Shown piece after piece: positions 4,879-5,663 of a DNA stretch of 5,663 nt. This stretch comes from Candidatus Wukongarchaeum yapensis (GTDB lineage: Archaea; Asgardarchaeota; Wukongarchaeia; Wukongarchaeales; Wukongarchaeaceae). The notes under the pieces are model-generated. The model was not told the DNA's origin, did not search any database, and saw nothing but the letters and a program-made list of their open reading frames with translations. The stretch is from the NCBI GenBank assembly GCA_016840425.1, contig JAEOSI010000154.1, positions 1 to 5,663 of the forward strand, read 5' to 3'. The first letter of the stretch is position 1. Each line of letters opens with the position of its first letter. A program made the translations under genes and the position numbers.

Positions 4879-5663
4879 CTATAAGTCGAGTAAACCTTTC
4901 TCCTGTAATCGTTTTTTCAACTCTTCCTGTTGTGCTTCTGTAAGGTTTAAAAGCGGCGGTCTGACAAAAGACTTATGCCCGGATATTAAGGAATATATGT
5001 ATTTTAAACCTCCTCTCGCTGGATATTCTTTAAGTATTGCCCTTATTTCTGAAAACTCTTTCTGTTTTTCAAAACTCTCCTTGAGATCTCCTTTTTTAAA
5101 AGCTTCATAAATCGTTAAAGCTTTCTCTGGGAAAACGTTTGCTATAGCGCTTATCTGCCCAACACCGCCAGCGGAAAATACTAAGTAGACTTGAGCATCG
5201 CTACCAGCAAAAACTTTCAAGGAAGGAAAAGCTTTAATCAACGATTTAATGTGTTCATTGTCCCCGCTAGAATCTTTAACCCCTATTAGATTAGGGTATT
5301 TTGAAAGCTTTTTTACAAGCCCGTGAGTAATCTCATTATTGGAGTATTTCGGAATATTGTAAAGAAATATGGGCGTTTCGCTTATCTCCTCAAATATCCT
5401 ACTATAGTACTGAAAAAGTCCCTCTTCTGAAGCCTTAAAATAGTAGGGGGGAAGAATCATTAAAGCATCAACACCAACATCCCAAGCAAACCTGCTCAGC
5501 TCCAAAGTCTCTTTAATGCTCGATCTGCCAGTACCTGCAACCACTGTCGTTTTACCCGAAAAATTTAACGTTTCTTCTATCACTTTTTTAGCTTCGTTTA
5601 AAGTCAGGCTTGAAAACTCGCCGTTAGTCCCACAAGGAACCAAACCATGGACATTTCTTGAAA
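4879..5663 (-). CDS. DapA/NAL-family class I aldolase, KD(P)G-aldolase-like; 5' end lies outside the window
   Basis: The frame stays open past the ORF-track start at 5643 (...SRNVHGLVPCGTNGEF), so the gene is truncated by the window. It has G-T-N-G-E, VVAGTG, PPYY, catalytic Tyr in LYNIP, Schiff-base Lys in GVKDSS, VFAGSD and RPPL. It lacks the DHDPS-specific Arg after YN-x-P (has YNIPKYS). Confidence 0.85.
   Translation of the reverse strand, partial: SRNVHGLVPCGTNGEFSSLTLNEAKKVIEETLNFSGKTTVVAGTGRSSIKETLELSRFAWDVGVDALMILPPYYFKASEEGLFQYYSRIFEEISETPIFLYNIPKYSNNEITHGLVKKLSKYPNLIGVKDSSGDNEHIKSLIKAFPSLKVFAGSDAQVYLVFSAGGVGQISAIANVFPEKALTIYEAFKKGDLKESFEKQKEFSEIRAILKEYPARGGLKYIYSLISGHKSFVRPPLLNLTEAQQEELKKRLQEKGLLDL

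Noticed and set aside
4721-5110. 129-aa + strand ORF from the track
   Set aside because: Antisense shadow across two well-supported - strand enzymes, Ser/Phe-rich, with no family features.
5641-5643. ORF-track start (TTG) of the aldolase
   Set aside because: The frame is open to the window edge, this position is the conserved G-L-V strand just before the GxxGE loop, and the N-terminal part of the barrel is missing, so the real start is outside the window.
4879-5663. Calling the aldolase dapA (dihydrodipicolinate synthase)
   Set aside because: It lacks the DHDPS Arg after YN-x-P and the GTTGE motif, and its neighbour is a sugar-acid kinase rather than a lysine biosynthesis gene.
1-5663. tRNA, rRNA, CRISPR array, IS element or replication origin (ORB) signatures
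   Set aside because: No cloverleaf, spaced direct repeats, transposase, terminal inverted repeats, cdc6/orc1 gene or repeated ORB boxes could be found by eye.

Overview
Archaeal housekeeping and accessory window with seven genes. An Asgard-type lineage is an inference from the Roadblock and V4R proteins and is not proven. In order: (1) 3' end of a Roadblock/LC7 gene (+, missed by the ORF track); (2) an LpdD / proteasome-assembly-chaperone-fold small protein (+); (3) a convergent, 39-bp-overlapping winged-HTH DUF4443-type protein (-); then a 295-bp AT-rich divergent promoter region with a palindromic TATA box; (4) replication factor C large subunit (+) with a Lys/Glu tail and degenerate PIP box; (5) a 3-TM membrane protein with a cytoplasmic V4R (Bet3/TRAPP-like fold) domain carrying an intact C-E-C-C zinc site (+); and a convergent - strand pair, (6) a KdgK-like PfkB kinase and (7) a 5'-truncated DapA-family class I aldolase. 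No RNA genes, CRISPR arrays or mobile elements were seen. The most unusual signals are the membrane-anchored stand-alone V4R protein and a kb-scale sawtooth strand skew in wobble positions that is independent of gene orientation. All counts were made by hand and no database searches were run.
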